A stretch of 63,706 nucleotides of DNA, filler included, from Reticulomyxa filosa (taxonomy: Eukaryota > Protista > Foraminifera), in the NCBI GenBank assembly GCA_000512085.1. It is 29 parts of 29 records of this genome, joined end to end, with 100 filler letters (N's around TTAATTAATTAA, not from the genome) between each part and the next. Parts side by side here need not be neighbours in the genome. Positions count along the whole stretch, not along the records: positions 25,310 to 26,588 come from ASPP01015367.1; positions 26,689 to 27,819 come from ASPP01009545.1; positions 27,920 to 29,283 come from ASPP01020604.1; positions 29,384 to 30,604 come from ASPP01010017.1; positions 30,705 to 35,588 come from ASPP01010069.1; positions 35,689 to 40,691 come from ASPP01009530.1; 23 more parts are not named here. One strand, given 5' to 3'. A program made the translations under genes and the position numbers. Shown here in pieces: positions 26,113-39,552 of the stretch (position 1 is the stretch's first letter; each line of letters opens with the position of its first letter). The notes beneath the pieces are model-generated. The model made no database searches. It was not told the DNA's origin and saw only the letters and a list, made by a program, of their open reading frames with translations.

Positions 26113-26588
26113 ATGAGCAAAATAGATTATACTGACGTTGATGGTAATGAAGCCGATGAAAACAATACCGAAAAGAAAGAGGTGGGCTATCGTTTAAAAA
26201 TAAGTTCGGAGCATCGGTTGCGTTCCGAGAACTTGGCGTTTGATATAGACGTGTGGTACCCACTGATCGCCGAGTATACATTTGCGTCGGCGTTTCTGCC
26301 ATTTACACGAAGCGAGGCGAAGAGTATAATAAACTACTACCGAAGCCGTTACATGGAAAAGAAGTGTCTGACGCAGGCGAATGTGCGAACATTGAAGGGA
26401 TTGGAAGGGAAGATCGACCGACTGATGCAAAAGAGCGGGTTGAGCAAGAAAGGCGCATACGTACGCCTGTGTGGACGCAGTTGCAAAGACGCGGACGCAT
26501 ACGACTACGACGAGTTGGTGACCACGTACAAGGGCGTCCTAGACTCGTTGTCGAAGCCACCGTACGAATACGATATCAACGACGTCAA
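26113..26588 (+). CDS. CDC123/D123-like (R2K clade) ATP-grasp protein, 3'-truncated
   Basis: FDIDVWYPLIAEYTFASAFLPF..LEGKIDRLM..GAYVRLCGRSCKDA matches the CDC123-like pattern WY..F...T.....IPL / F(V)(R/K)LxxRSPKD. Confidence 0.7.
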
Positions 26589-26688
26589 NNNNNNNNNNNN
26601 NNNNNNNNNNNNNNNNNNNNNNNNNNNNNNNNTTAATTAATTAANNNNNNNNNNNNNNNNNNNNNNNNNNNNNNNNNNNNNNNNNNNN

Positions 26689-27819
26689 GATAAACTTTCA
26701 ATAAACACGACTGATAATTTTGCAAAAAGCTCCAACAATACGGTAAGCAGCGGCAGGAAAACTTGCCGACAAAGCTTTGGGTAAGGATATGATCGCATTG
26801 TTTTTGATACTTGTGATACAACGAATAAATGAATTGCGCTAATATAAAAATGGTTTTGTCAATGACTTCCAGCGTACAGCTTTCCAAGAGTAGCACGTCG
26901 CAGTGTTGGAAAGAGTCACGCATGCGCGCTTTGAAGATTAGCTCTTTGAATAATGCCGTGAATAGTGTTGTCGACGGTGAGGATGGACTATTGTAGAACG
27001 ACGACGACGACGACAAGAAAGAGGAAGAAGAAGAAGAAGAAGAAGAAGAAGAGGAAGGCAATTGGAAATATGCATCACTAGTTAGTCGTGGTGGCCGTCG
27101 CTTTGACGTGAAATCGCGATTGTCCGAATTACAATCCTTCCTGCTTTGCTGCATGTCTTCGAAAGCGAGCAAACTTTTGTATGAGTCGACCACTTCTTTC
27201 ACACACGTATCGAATAAGAAAGACAGCAACTGGCATGCTAGAAAGGGCGCACTTCCTCTCTCCGAACTCGCAGACAAGCCACATTTCAGGGAAGAGCGAT
27301 CAGTGCGTGGGAGCTCCGTAAGTGGGAGCTCCGTAAGTGGGAGCTCCGTAAGAGGGAGCTCCGTAAGAGGGAGCTCCGTAAGAGGGCGCAATGGAAGTGC
27401 TCTCCCATCGCCTAAATCGATAGCCCCTGCATGAGGGCGTGTAACAATATTTCTAGCATGCGTTTGCACTTGTCTTGCTTGTGCTGATGCTTGTACTGGC
27501 GATTGTGCTGGTGATTGTGCTTGTGCTTGTGCTAATACTTGTGCTAATACTTGTACTGATGCTTGTGCTGGTGATTGTGCTTGTGCTTGCGCTGGTGATT
27601 GTGCTGCCACGAATGGTATGGATCTTGGTACGGGTGATTGTGCTGATCGCACTTGACGTGGTATTTGTGTTTGTGCTTGTCCTTGTCCTTGTCCTTGTAT
27701 TTGTATTTGCGGTAATACTGGTATTTGAATTTGTGGCTGCACTTGTGCTTGTATTGAAGGCTGTGCTGGCAATTGAATATATCCCTGTGATTGTGATTGT
27801 GATTGTGATTGTGATTGTG
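26689..27819 (-). CDS. Hypothetical protein with Gln/Ala-rich repeats and a helical C-terminal region, truncated
   Basis: Open frame across the contig with QAQ/QSPA repeats, (PLTEL)5 and a poly-Ser tract. Confidence 0.55.
27309..27383. repeat. Coding minisatellite, 5 x 15 bp GGGAGCTCCGTAAG(T/A)
   Basis: Five tandem units, each containing the palindrome GGAGCTCC; encodes PLTEL on the minus strand. Confidence 0.95.
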
Positions 27820-27981
27820 NNNNNNNNNNNNNNNNNNNNNNNNNNNNNNNNNNNNNNNNNNNNTTAATTAATTAANNNNNNNNNNNNNNNNNNNNNNNNN
27901 NNNNNNNNNNNNNNNNNNNATTTATATATATATTTGTATGTATATGTAATATAATTTGCAATATTTACATATAAGTCAAAC

Positions 27982-29170
27982 CTGTTTTAATGTATTAATG
28001 GCACGTAAGGCTGCCAGTTTAACCTTTTCGTCTTCGTAAACTCCAGGCTCTTTGTTGGCCAAAGGAGGCGAATGGTTTCGGGGGACAATAGAATTGTAAT
28101 GGCTATTGAAATGATAACTCAAACGAATGGGCGGTTTTCCCGTTTGGTTGTGATTGTCATTGAAAGTTCTCATGGGACGATCTGAGTAGGCATAGATGTT
28201 GATGGGTCGGTCGTACATTTCACTAAACGCTTGGATTTCAACATTGCCACCCCACACGCCACTGCGTCGCATGCACTGGCAATACTCGGTGAAATCCATC
28301 ACCACAAAGCTGCTAAAGTAGTCTTTTTGTGACTCCAAGTAATCGACACACTTTTGTCGGATGAGGGTGTGGTAACGTTCAGCTCCGTACATCTGATGCG
28401 AGATACTGCGGAACAAGCAATTGCCATCTTCACCCATATCGACTATGCACATGTTGTGAACCAGCATTTGCCGTCGAAATTGTAGCTTGTATAGTATGTG
28501 CGTGTGTATGCGTGCGTGCGTGCACGTAAACATGTATTTTGCATAAGAAGGAAGCAAAGAAAGTTTCCTCTCTCTCTTTCTCTCTCCCCTCCCTCCTAAA
28601 TCGAGTTTTTCAAAAAAATAAAAAGAACAAAAAATTGAAAGAAACTTCATCTTCGCGAGAGGGTTTGAAGTTGCTTAAATAAGCATTTCGATATTTATCT
28701 TTGTCAGTCATCGTTTCATCAGTATTCAGATCATTGTCTCGTTCTTTTTTTTCACTTTCGTCGTTGTTGGGTGTGTTCGTTTCTGCAATTGTTTCGACCT
28801 TATTTTCGCTATCGCTATCATTATTAGTTTGTCCATTATTATTGTGATTATTATTGGTCATAGTAGTATATTTATCCGGTATCGTGTATGTGCTGTGTCT
28901 ATTGGACTTGTCTGTGCTGTCTTTGCCTCGACCAGTAGTAGTAACTGTTGTCGTCGTACTTGTTTTTGTTTGCATTGCGCTGTCATTGTCTCCGCCTTTC
29001 GTCGGCCCTGTCATGGAGGACATAGTGCTAGTGGATGGCATCATGGGTTGTCGCTCACCTCTGTCCTGCATCTTGCCGACATCGCCCGATATGCCATCTG
29101 TCATCACCACGTCTCGCGACGTGTCATATGACGACTGGTCAGCCACCGTCTTGTGATTTTTATTGCTCAT
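27982..29170 (-). CDS. OTUD5: OTU-domain deubiquitinase, OTUD5-like, 3'-truncated
   Basis: DGNCLFRSISHQMYG, WGGNVEIQAFSEMYDRPI and PIRLSYHFNSHYNSIV (Cys/His/Asn triad); low-complexity first exon; intron near 28645-28486. Confidence 0.88.
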
Positions 29171-29247
29171 TCTACATTTTTTAATTTTTATTTTTTTTAT
29201 TTTTATCCCCGCCCACAACGACGACAAAATTTTGAATACTTTGTATT

Positions 29248-29283
<36 letters not shown>

Positions 29284-29449
29284 NNNNNNNNNNNNNNNNN
29301 NNNNNNNNNNNNNNNNNNNNNNNNNNNTTAATTAATTAANNNNNNNNNNNNNNNNNNNNNNNNNNNNNNNNNNNNNNNNNNNNTTTTTTTTTTTTTTTTT
29401 ATAAATTTATAAAAAAAAAAAAAAAAAAAAATGAAAGGAAATAATAAAA

Positions 29450-30563
29450 TTGAAATCAAAAATCCCAAAAGCAAGTGCAGCTGTAGCAACAATAAACAAT
29501 GGGAACGAAACGAACAAAGACTCGCCCGTGGCAGTGACCACGCCGGCGGCCGACTTGAGCACCATTATGAAAGTCCCGTCGCTGTTAAGTGAGCCTGCGA
29601 TCAGTGAAGACAAACAACAAAACGAGTTCGACACGACTGTGAAAACAGAAGAAAAAGGAGAAGCTAAGAGCAGTGATGATAATGACAATGGCAATGATAA
29701 TGATAATGATGATACAAAGGAGAATAAGAAGAGTCAAACGTGGAACAATCGAGGGAGTGGAATATCGAAACTACATGCGAGTGCACTGAGCAACAAATCA
29801 GTAAATATCCCCTCTCCTATCGAAGAGGCGCCCAATGGCTTGAATTTGGAAACCACCACTCCCGTTCCGATGACCATGGAAGACGACGAAGCTGAAATCG
29901 ATATCGACGTAGCCACCGACTTGGAGTTGGATCCAGACTCGGATCCCGAAACCTCTTCTCTGGCCAAACATGCCAATGCTACAAATACTGTCAATACAGG
30001 CAACGAAGAGAGAAAGCTCTCCTCCATTGTCACCAGTCCTCGCAAAGACACCTTGCAAGTGCAAATCCCAAAAAACAGCACCAAAATCAATCAAGCTCCA
30101 CTCGAATCTCCAAACTCACATTTGAAAAAATCAAGGACCTTACCTAATCAATATGACGGTTCTACAATATCCATCTTTCTATTGCGTTTTTCTTTTGTCA
30201 AATAATACAGATTATGTACCCCCCCCCTCCCTTTTATATATATATATATATGTACATATACACATACATAAAGAGTTGCTACATCGAACGCGGTCGATAA
30301 CAAACACTACAAATGGGAAAGCGTGGGTATATGAAATGAAGTTTGTGGTGGAAATGAAAGTAAGTCATCAGAAATTAGGCCGACACGGGGCCAATCACAA
30401 AAAGGGCATGCACAATAATGACGCGGACGTGCATGCGAAACAAGAAGAACAGGAGAAGCAAGAACTCAAAACGGTCATTGCCAAACTAGTCAATGTCGAA
30501 TTCGACCGCATCTCGTTCATCGAAGTCGAAAAGACTCATGTCGGATATGCCATGGCTTTTAAT
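29450..30563 (+). CDS. Hypothetical low-complexity protein fragment
   Basis: Long Ser/Thr/Asn/Asp-rich exon plus a second exon (ELLHRTRS..WVYEMKFVVEMKV..); no family recognised. Confidence 0.5.
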
Positions 30564-30704
30564 GTACTTTTCACTAATTTGAGTTACTTTACATATATAT
30601 ATATNNNNNNNNNNNNNNNNNNNNNNNNNNNNNNNNNNNNNNNNNNNNTTAATTAATTAANNNNNNNNNNNNNNNNNNNNNNNNNNNNNNNNNNNNNNNN
30701 NNNN

Positions 30705-31450
30705 ATTGGAATTGGAATTGGAATTAGCATTGACATTGAAATTGGTACCAACACCAATACTAGTACTAGTACTAGTACTGGCACTAGCACTGGCATTGCC
30801 ACCGAGAATCTCTTCATGTCGTGCAATATTTGACGGAGACAATTCCACAGCTTTGCCACCAGAAACATTAACAAAAGGTGTCATTAATGAAACCACTTTG
30901 TCAATTTGTGGATCTGCATGCACATGTCACACATGCACACAATTAAAACAGACAGCCGCTTTGTTGTTATTGTTATTGTTGTTGTTTTTTTTTTTTTTGG
31001 TGTGTGTATATGTGTGTTGGAGAGATTCCTTAACTTGCAATGCCTTGTTGGCGATATAACTGCTGTTGCAAATGTAAAATGTTGAAATTTGCAGCGGTGA
31101 GTGTATGGGACAGTTCATGCACTGCTTCGGAGAGCTGTGACACCTGCGAATCCAACTCGTTTCTTTCGTGCGTGACCATGTCATATTCACTTTTATTGAC
31201 CATTTCAGGTTGTTGAGATTGGGATTGCCGCTGTTGTTGTTGTTGCTGTTGTTGTTGTTGTTGTTGTTGTGTATTGTATGGATAGTTGTCCATATAAGTG
31301 TCACTTCGATGGTGCGCATTGTCTTCAGCATCAACAGAGCATTGAGAAAGGTCATTGCTATTGATTAAAGACACTTTGTTTTTATGATGACCAGTATTTC
31401 CAACTCCACTGCTATTGTTACCATTGCTATTATTATTGCTATTATTATTA

Positions 31451-31488
<38 letters not shown>

Positions 31489-32658
31489 GTTATTATTGTT
31501 ATTGTGATGATTATTGCTCGCATTGTTACTGTGGCTGATATTGTTGCTGCCACTGCTATTGTTATTACTATTACCATTGCTAGTGCTGCTATTTTGTGAT
31601 TGGTGTGGCTGTGGTGGATTGGATTGTTGAATAAGACTATGCTGTTGCTTCTCCTCCATTTGTTGTGCACACTTTTGCAAAAGTGTGTCGTAATTGTTTT
31701 TCAACAGCTGGTTTTCTTGTAGCAACTCGGTGAGACGGCTTTGGCATTTCAACCAATCCTCGTGGGCGTGCTTGCTTCGTTCTCGATTGCGCACATTCTG
31801 ATCTTCCACAATGGCGTTCATCAATTGAAATCGGGCTTCCTCTTCTTGTTGTTTACGTACACGCTCAATATTTTCCATTCCTTTCAATGTCATCTCTTCC
31901 AATTCTTTTTTCAAATGATTGAACTGGTCTTGAAATATCAAGTTATTTTTGCGCAACTCGTTGCATTCCATTTGTTTGGCCGAATATTGTGTATATATTT
32001 GTGTCGCTAGTAGCCACAGCTGATGATTTTGCTTAATACCACACATACACACACACAAACAAATACACTAAATAAACAAATCAATAATAAATACAAGGGT
32101 AAACAAACAAAAAAAACTTGTGTTTTCTTTTGATTCTTTTGTGCATATCCTTTGAGTTCACATTGAAGTTTATGAATCTTATTTTTAAACTCGAACTTTT
32201 CATGGACCGAGTTTTTTTGCAGTTCTTGCAACTTTGACAATTCCATTTCATTTTTTTGTAGAGTTTGTTCCATTTCCTCCTTTTCTTTTTTATGTACTTC
32301 ATTGTTTTTCTTCATTTCTTGATGCTCCAATTCCAGTGCCTTTTTTTTTGTTGTTGTTTGTTTGTTTGTTTGTTTCGCTTCTTCGGATTGGAGCGTTGTG
32401 GTATGCATGCATGTTTAACACATTCGCTTATCCAAAAAAAAAAAAAAAAAAAAAAGATAATTTTTTTTACAAAACAAAACATGTAGTTTGTTGAGCAGTG
32501 ATTTGAGATCTGCACTTCGAGAAACCAATTCATTTATCAGGAATTGTAATTCATTGAATGTGTACGTTCTGTTGTGAAAATCAAAGCCCTTTAGTTTGTT
32601 TTCGGGGTTGACAGATAGATGGTCATTTATCCAAGTTTCCATTGTAATATTGCCATTG

Positions 32659-32702
<44 letters not shown>

Positions 32703-33889
32703 GTTATTATTGGAATTGGATTCACAGTGTTCGATACTATTGTTCTGAGATATAATTTGTCTGATTGTTGCAAAAATTGCTTGATAAGTGTTTATTTCTT
32801 TTTCAATGTTTTTGATGTAATATAATGCATTATCCAATTGCCGCTCTTCATTCGTTGTCTCCACTGTCTATTGATCCAACAAGAGGGAGAGAAAAAAGGA
32901 GACGTTTCATACGATATAAGAACAGACCCAGAGAAAGTAAAAAAAAAAAAAAAAGGGGCCATTAGGGAGACAAGAGCAAAAAAAAAAAAAAAAAAAACCT
33001 TGTGCAAAATTTCTGTCAAATTCTTTTTTTGTTGTTGCAATTGGCTGTGGCATTCTTGTTGAAACAATTTAAGAGAGAATTGTCGTTGATCCAACTTGTT
33101 CTTCGTCCGTTCGTAGTGTTGTTTCATTCTATTGGAAGAGAAAAGAAACACTTTTTTAAAACAATAATAATAATAATAATAAAACATTTCCAAAAGTATT
33201 GAGAAAGATTGTCGTAGATATATGTACATATACATATATATGTATGGTATGGTATGAGAGAAATTTTTTTTTTTTGCCCTTGTCTCTCATCATCAATTTT
33301 GAGTCAGTTATTACATTCTATATTCAGCATCAACCAATTCAAGTTGTGTTTGGTGTTGTATTACCGAGGTTCGGTATTTGTTTATTGTATTTTCTAAGTC
33401 TACGTTTCCGGATTTCAACTCGGGATAGTCCAATGATAATCTATTCCTAATCAATGCCACACACATACACACATACCCGATAATTTTTTTTTTTTTTTTT
33501 TAATGCGTGTAGTAGATTCCACGTGTGTTGTTGTAGCATTTTGGAGAGTGCGATATTACGAGATGAAAAGGATAGATTTTTTCACACACCACCCCTCTCC
33601 TCTTTTTTTTTCTCATTTGAACTCTTAAAAAAAAAAAAAAACAGCAAAAAAAAAACCTTTGACAGTTGTTATGCTTTTTCGCTGAAGCTTGAGAATGCAT
33701 TTTGTTGTGGGGTGAACAAGTCTCATGTACTCGAGGTTTCGAACCCACTCCCAATCCCATTTCAATTTTTGTCAAATCCTCTTCCATTTCAGGTTGACTC
33801 AAGCCAGCACATTGGGTCAACTCGTCAAAAAAAAAGCGCTTACGCCTAGGGCCGGACTGACCAGTCCTTGAGTTATTTGACTTTGACAT
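30705..33889 (-). CDS. Large multi-exon coiled-coil protein with poly-Asn and poly-Gln tracts, 3'-truncated
   Basis: Starts MSKSNNSRTGQSGP; successive heptad-rich exons separated by GT-AG introns; (AAT)n near 31430-31505 and 32660-32710. Confidence 0.6.
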
Positions 33890-34130
33890 GGTAGATGTAT
33901 TTTTTATTGTTATTATAGTTTTTTTTTTTGAACCATAACTGCAAAAAAATGCCAAAGAGTGAAAATGTAATATCGTCTGGAATCAAATCTGAACTATATA
34001 TTTTTTTTATCCGTTTTTTAAAATTTTAAAAAAACATTTCTTGGATGACGTAGTGAAAACAGCGAAATTTTTGTTGGGAATTTTTCCCACGAAATTTATC
34101 GATCTTTCTTTCCATTGCGCCGATTTCTTG

Positions 34131-35328
34131 ATGGATCAAGTATATTCAAATCAATTTCGTTCGTTCGAGTTGTCACCAGAAAGATATGGTGAGCTATCGT
34201 TCGGGACATCGTCAAATGGCGGAGGTACAGTAGTTCACAACTCAACGACGGCAATGGTACCTTCGACAACGATGGTGACAATGTCAACCCGAGGAGGTAA
34301 CACAAGCAATCAGTTACTAATAGCGACAGAAGTTCCGTCACCATCATCGTCATTGTTAGTGCAGCCACTGACATTGCCAGTGACTAATGGGAGTGCAAAT
34401 AACGTGATGTTATCTGCGACAAGAAATATAATAATTCCAGGGAACACAAACTTGCCATTGTATCCAATGAATGGGATTGGGTCCAACAGCAACATTAATT
34501 CAGTAAATGGGCATTATTATTACACACCAGCAACGCCATCACAGCAATCGCTGCAAGGGCCACCAAAGGGACTTCAAACCCCAACAGCGAGTATCACTTC
34601 GAATTTTCCAATGAGTCCGACGACGACAAGTCAGACCCAATCTCATCCTCACTTGCAATCTCAATTGCAATCTCAATTACAATCTCAATCGCAAGTCCAA
34701 AGTCAAGCCCAGTCGCAATTGCATAACCAAATGCAAGGGCCGTCGTCATCGTCATCGTCATCGAATCTTCGAAGACTCCCCAATTATTGCACTCCTACAC
34801 ATAACAACCCGTTCCAAGATACTGGGTCCGAGAACGCGCTTGGAACGACTTATCACATGTCCAGAACAGATGCTTCGCCACCGTCGTCGACGCGAGTCAT
34901 CAGTGCCGAATTGGCTCAGACTTTGGCCAGAAACAAATTTCTCCGACAAAAGTGTGAAAATTCATTTCAATCATTGGTAATGTTTTTTTTTTTAAATCTG
35001 TTTGTTTGTTTGTTTGTTTGTTTGTTTGTTTGTGTGAGATTCGAAACATTGCAAATATTTAAAACCTACAAACAAACAAACAAACAAACAATCAAAAAAC
35101 AATTTATATACACAAGAAACGAGAACCAATTCATAGAAACTTGGTAAAAGACTTGGAAAGTGCGTTCAGTCCAGCCAAACGTGGCCGCGTTGTGTCAATC
35201 CGTAGGTTAGAAGGAAGCAAAGACAAAATGGAAATCACTTACCAACATGCCAACACATTCACACAAGAAATTGTCACCTTTGAAGAAGGTGATATCATCA
35301 TTGCCGGTGATTACATTGGCTTTTTGAG
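34131..35328 (+). CDS. Hypothetical Ser/Pro/Gln-rich protein, divergent from the previous gene, 3'-truncated (exons 34131-34976, 35117-35328)
   Basis: ATG at 34131; the phase-0 GT-AG intron 34977-35116 joins to KREPIHRNLVKDLESAF. Confidence 0.55.
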
Positions 35329-35548
35329 GTTGCAATCTCTCTCTTTCTCTGTACACATATACATATATACATATATATGTATATATGTATATATGTATAT
35401 ATGTATACATTTATATATTTATGTGAATGTGTGGATAAATTATTTTTTTTTAAAGACGTACATACGTATACAAAAGTAGGATAAAAAAAAAAAAAAATTA
35501 ATAAATAATAATAATAATAATAATGTGTGACCATTCTTTTGCTCTTTT

Positions 35549-35588
<40 letters not shown>

Positions 35589-35710
35589 NNNNNNNNNNNN
35601 NNNNNNNNNNNNNNNNNNNNNNNNNNNNNNNNTTAATTAATTAANNNNNNNNNNNNNNNNNNNNNNNNNNNNNNNNNNNNNNNNNNNNAAAAAAAAAAAA
35701 AAAAAAACAG

Positions 35711-37266
35711 GCCCTTACGTATACAAAATCTACACGTCATTCGGCTATAATAAAGAGCAAATTGCGTTGTTACATATGACAGGATTTATCTCTTCATTTA
35801 TGTGTGGCGTGATCACAGGAGGCATAGCAGACCGTTTTGGTCGAAAATTGATGTGTTGTGGATATTGCATCGTGCACGGATTGGCGATATACCCATTTCT
35901 TCATAACGGACATAATTACCTGTGTTTGATAGCACAGAAGATATGCACGGGAATAGGGACTAGTTTGCTGCATAGCTGTTTCGAGGCATGGTATGTAACC
36001 GAGCATCAAAAGCATGGCTTTTCAGCGACACAATTGAAGGAGACGATCCATTATAGCCATAGCATCAATAGTGTGATGGCAGTCTGTGGAGGGGTAATCT
36101 CCTCAGTCATCGTGTCCTTGTCCTATCAATATTATCCCATCGCTTCGACACATAACAAATTTCCGCACGAATTGCTTGTTTTTGATTGCGGCGGAATGAT
36201 CCTGCTCGTTGCTTTGCTTGTCATCATCTTTCGATGGCAAGAAAATTACGGAAATTCCCGGTCCAATGTTTTCTCTACTATCCAACATGCTTTGCAAGTG
36301 TTAGCTCGCAATCATAGGCTTTGGTGGCTCGGCATTTGGCAATCCTGCTTTAACTCTGCCGTTTATATTTTTGTTTTTTTGTATGTAATCGTCATCTGTC
36401 TATCTCTTTAGTTTGTTTGTTTTTTTTTCTTTCACATCATTGCCAATACCTTTTATGTTTTTTTTTTTTAAAAAAAAAAAAAAAAGATGGACTCCAGCAT
36501 TGGTATGTCATGATCTCGCCATTTATTTTTTTTCCACAATTTTCTGATCTTATTCATTATCATACATTACATATATGTATATACACATATATACACATAT
36601 ATACATATATATATATATATATATAACATATATATGCAGTGTGTGGCAATGGCACTGAATGGCAATAACACTTTGGCTTTATATAGAATGCAAGGAAAAA
36701 AGATCTTGATCATGGCTGGATATTTGCGGATATGATGTATGCATGTTCTATTCTGCACATTTGTTTTGATTACTATGCACTTTCTTTTGTTGTTGTTGTT
36801 GTTTGTACATGCATTCAACAGGTTGAGCTGCATGTTGGGAACCATTGTTCAACATAACGCATGTAGCGAATATGGCTCCAAAATGTTGTCCTTTTTGCCA
36901 TTGAAACAAGAGCAAATCATCATTTGGGAATGCCTCTTCAGTATTTTGGCATTGATATCAGTCAAAATGTTCTCCCTATATGAAATGCGGCTGATTAGCT
37001 TTTTGCTATTCGAGGTTTGTGTTGGCTCGTATTGGTGCTCGTCTAGTACTCTGCGAAGCATTTACATACCTAATGAAGTTCGTGTTACTATTGTCACTAT
37101 ATTTCGGATGCCATTAAATCTTATTGTCTTGACTGTTTTGTATGGGGTCAATGCTTACAAGTCCTTTGACGCGTGGATTGTCACGTACTTACTTCTTCTT
37201 TTGGCTATGTTTGCTGCCTTTCGGCTGTATACTCTCTCTCCCAATGAGGGAAAAAAGGCAGAGTAG
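35711..37266 (+). CDS. MFSD5: MFSD5/MOT2-type molybdate-anion transporter (DUF791 MFS), 5'-truncated
   Basis: PYVYKIYTSFGY..IALL..GFISS..GGIADRFGRK..GIGTSLLHSCFEAWYVTEH, WQENYG, FLLFEVCVGSYW..LRSIYIPNEVRVTIVTIFRMPLNLIV. Confidence 0.9.
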
Positions 37267-37611
37267 TTTACTTTAAATTCGCAAACACAGTATTATATTC
37301 ACATCCATACAAGTGAAAGATATTGTGTTAAGTTTATGTTTTCCGTTGTTAGATTTGGAAACGTTTGATTTCCTATTTTTGACGAAATGTTGAATATTAT
37401 TTAAGCTCAAAGATGCAAAAGTAGTAATTTTATTTATAAATTAACATTTGCATTTGTTTGTTTCCAAAAATACTTGATACAATTTTGGAAGGAAACCTTT
37501 TGTCGAAAACACGACCGAATTGCAAAATTTGTCTTCAAAAAATTTTTAGCTTCAAGTCATTTTTGTTTGATATTCTCGCTACATTCGAAAAAGGACAGCT
37601 TCATTCGAAAA

Positions 37612-38655
37612 ATGACAGCATATGATATGACCCCATTGGACGTGGCAGACCAAATCGTTGTGCGCGTTCAAGTGACAAGTTCGATCGGCACCCAAACCGG
37701 TGAAATTAGGATGCACAGACAAGGGACAGTGTCTGAATTGCGTGAAGAAATATATGGCAAGCTCGGGATACCAGTGGAAAAGCAATCTTTGGAATTTGAC
37801 GGAATAAATTTGAATGAAGCAGACAAGACAACGGTATTGTCACAATTAGGATTAAAGGAAAGATCGATAATAAAGCTAGCACGACTTGATGGTGAAGAGG
37901 TCATTTTAGATCCATCCATGAGTGAATTGTCCCCAGCAAAGAATTTGAACGAGACCCAAAAAATGATCAATCCGGATCGTGACGTGGTTCCTGTAGATTT
38001 CGTGCAAGAGGTTGTCAACGAGAACGATTTGGTTGAAGAGCAACCACAAATCACTGCAATCGAAGTGCAGGCACCCCCTCCCGAAGTGAACATGGTCATG
38101 ATCAAGTATCTGCAAGGATGGAGTTTGATACAGTGTCGCTGTGTAATAGTCTTCATGGTCAGCAATCTTATTTTATATATACATATATGTACATATATGT
38201 ACATACATTAATTTATTTATTTTCTTTTTTTTTTTTTTACATAGCTACAAATATGATATTTGCATCATATATACACATATACACACGCAAAGGTGGCTTC
38301 GTTTTTTTTCTTTGCTGTTCAATGGGGACATTTGGATATGCTATTTTATTTGTTTGCATTCCTTTGTGGGTTTATTGGGTGGCTTGGGTGTCGCCAATTG
38401 TCTGTTCCTGCCGTTGTCATCTTTTCGCTTTTCTTGCTACTCCATTTCACTATCCTCCTCATCAGCTTCATTCAACATACTGGTAAACATGATCGCGCTC
38501 TCGTTTTCTTACGCGTCGTCGAGCTGATTGCCATTTCTGTTTGGGTTCTGTCCTTATGGAGATTTATTTTCGTTATTATTACCGCAAGAAATATCTCCCC
38601 TTCCACTGTTATTCAGGCCGCTAGTAAGTGTCAGGGCATGGTCATCTGCATTTGA
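37612..38655 (+). CDS. Ubiquitin-like domain plus multi-pass membrane protein (intron 38158-38292)
   Basis: TVSELREEIYGKLGIPVEKQSLEFDGINL..TVLSQLGLKERSIIKL (Ubl), an acidic linker, then about 4 hydrophobic segments. Confidence 0.7.
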
Positions 38656-39552
38656 GAAATGAGATATTGCAAGTTTTTCTGTTGTAAAGAAGGAGAAAAA
38701 CTTTATACCACATAAAATATGTTTACAAAAAATGTGCAGCAAACATTATTTCAAAAAAAAAAGGGTATGTAAAGAACGATTTTTTTTGATGAAGTTCAAA
38801 TGTTACCGCTTTTGATTGATCGATTTAAGAAAATTGTTCATTGCAAGAATATTTCAATTGTGATCCTTTTTTAGCATTTTCCATTTTAATACTTTAAGCC
38901 ACTTGAAGACACTTTGGAAAAACCGGTATAGTATCATATTAAAAAAATTAAAGTGTCACATTTATAATCCTTCATGGAACTTTCCAAAAAGTAAAGAATA
39001 CTCGTAATGTCAAAACTTTATTAAACCATTTTTAGATCAACCAGAACGCATAGATCTATTCAAAATTTTTAAAAAGATGCCATTTTCCATAAAAAATTTG
39101 CAAGTGATTATAAAAATCTTTTTAGAGATCTTTTTTGCAGTTATTGTAGATTGTTACCCAGAGGATGGAATAGGATACGGCTGGCAAATGCAATACAAAA
39201 AGTTTAGTTACTTCAGTCATTGCAAAATAAAATGCAACAATTTCAATCAAAGATAGCATTGATTCAAGTTCAATTTAATTGAAATTGTTTCTTTAACTTT
39301 TATTGTTTTGTTACAATTTGATATCAATTGTCCTAAAAAAAAATTGTTAGGTTTTGATAATATTTCAATTGGAACAAGAAATCTTTGGAGTCTCATTGAA
39401 GTTTTACATTTTTGTTTGTCCATTACTCAAGATAAATAACAGTGACAAAATTTATAAAGTTCCGATCCCCTTTTCCCTCTAAAAGTTCCTTAAATAAGGT
39501 GTCTCAAAATTTCGCGTGCAATTGTGATGGCTAGTATTGTCAGCATCATAAA

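Noticed and set aside
27309-27383. CRISPR-like array
   Set aside because: Units are directly adjacent with no spacers, lie in a eukaryotic ORF, and no cas genes are present.
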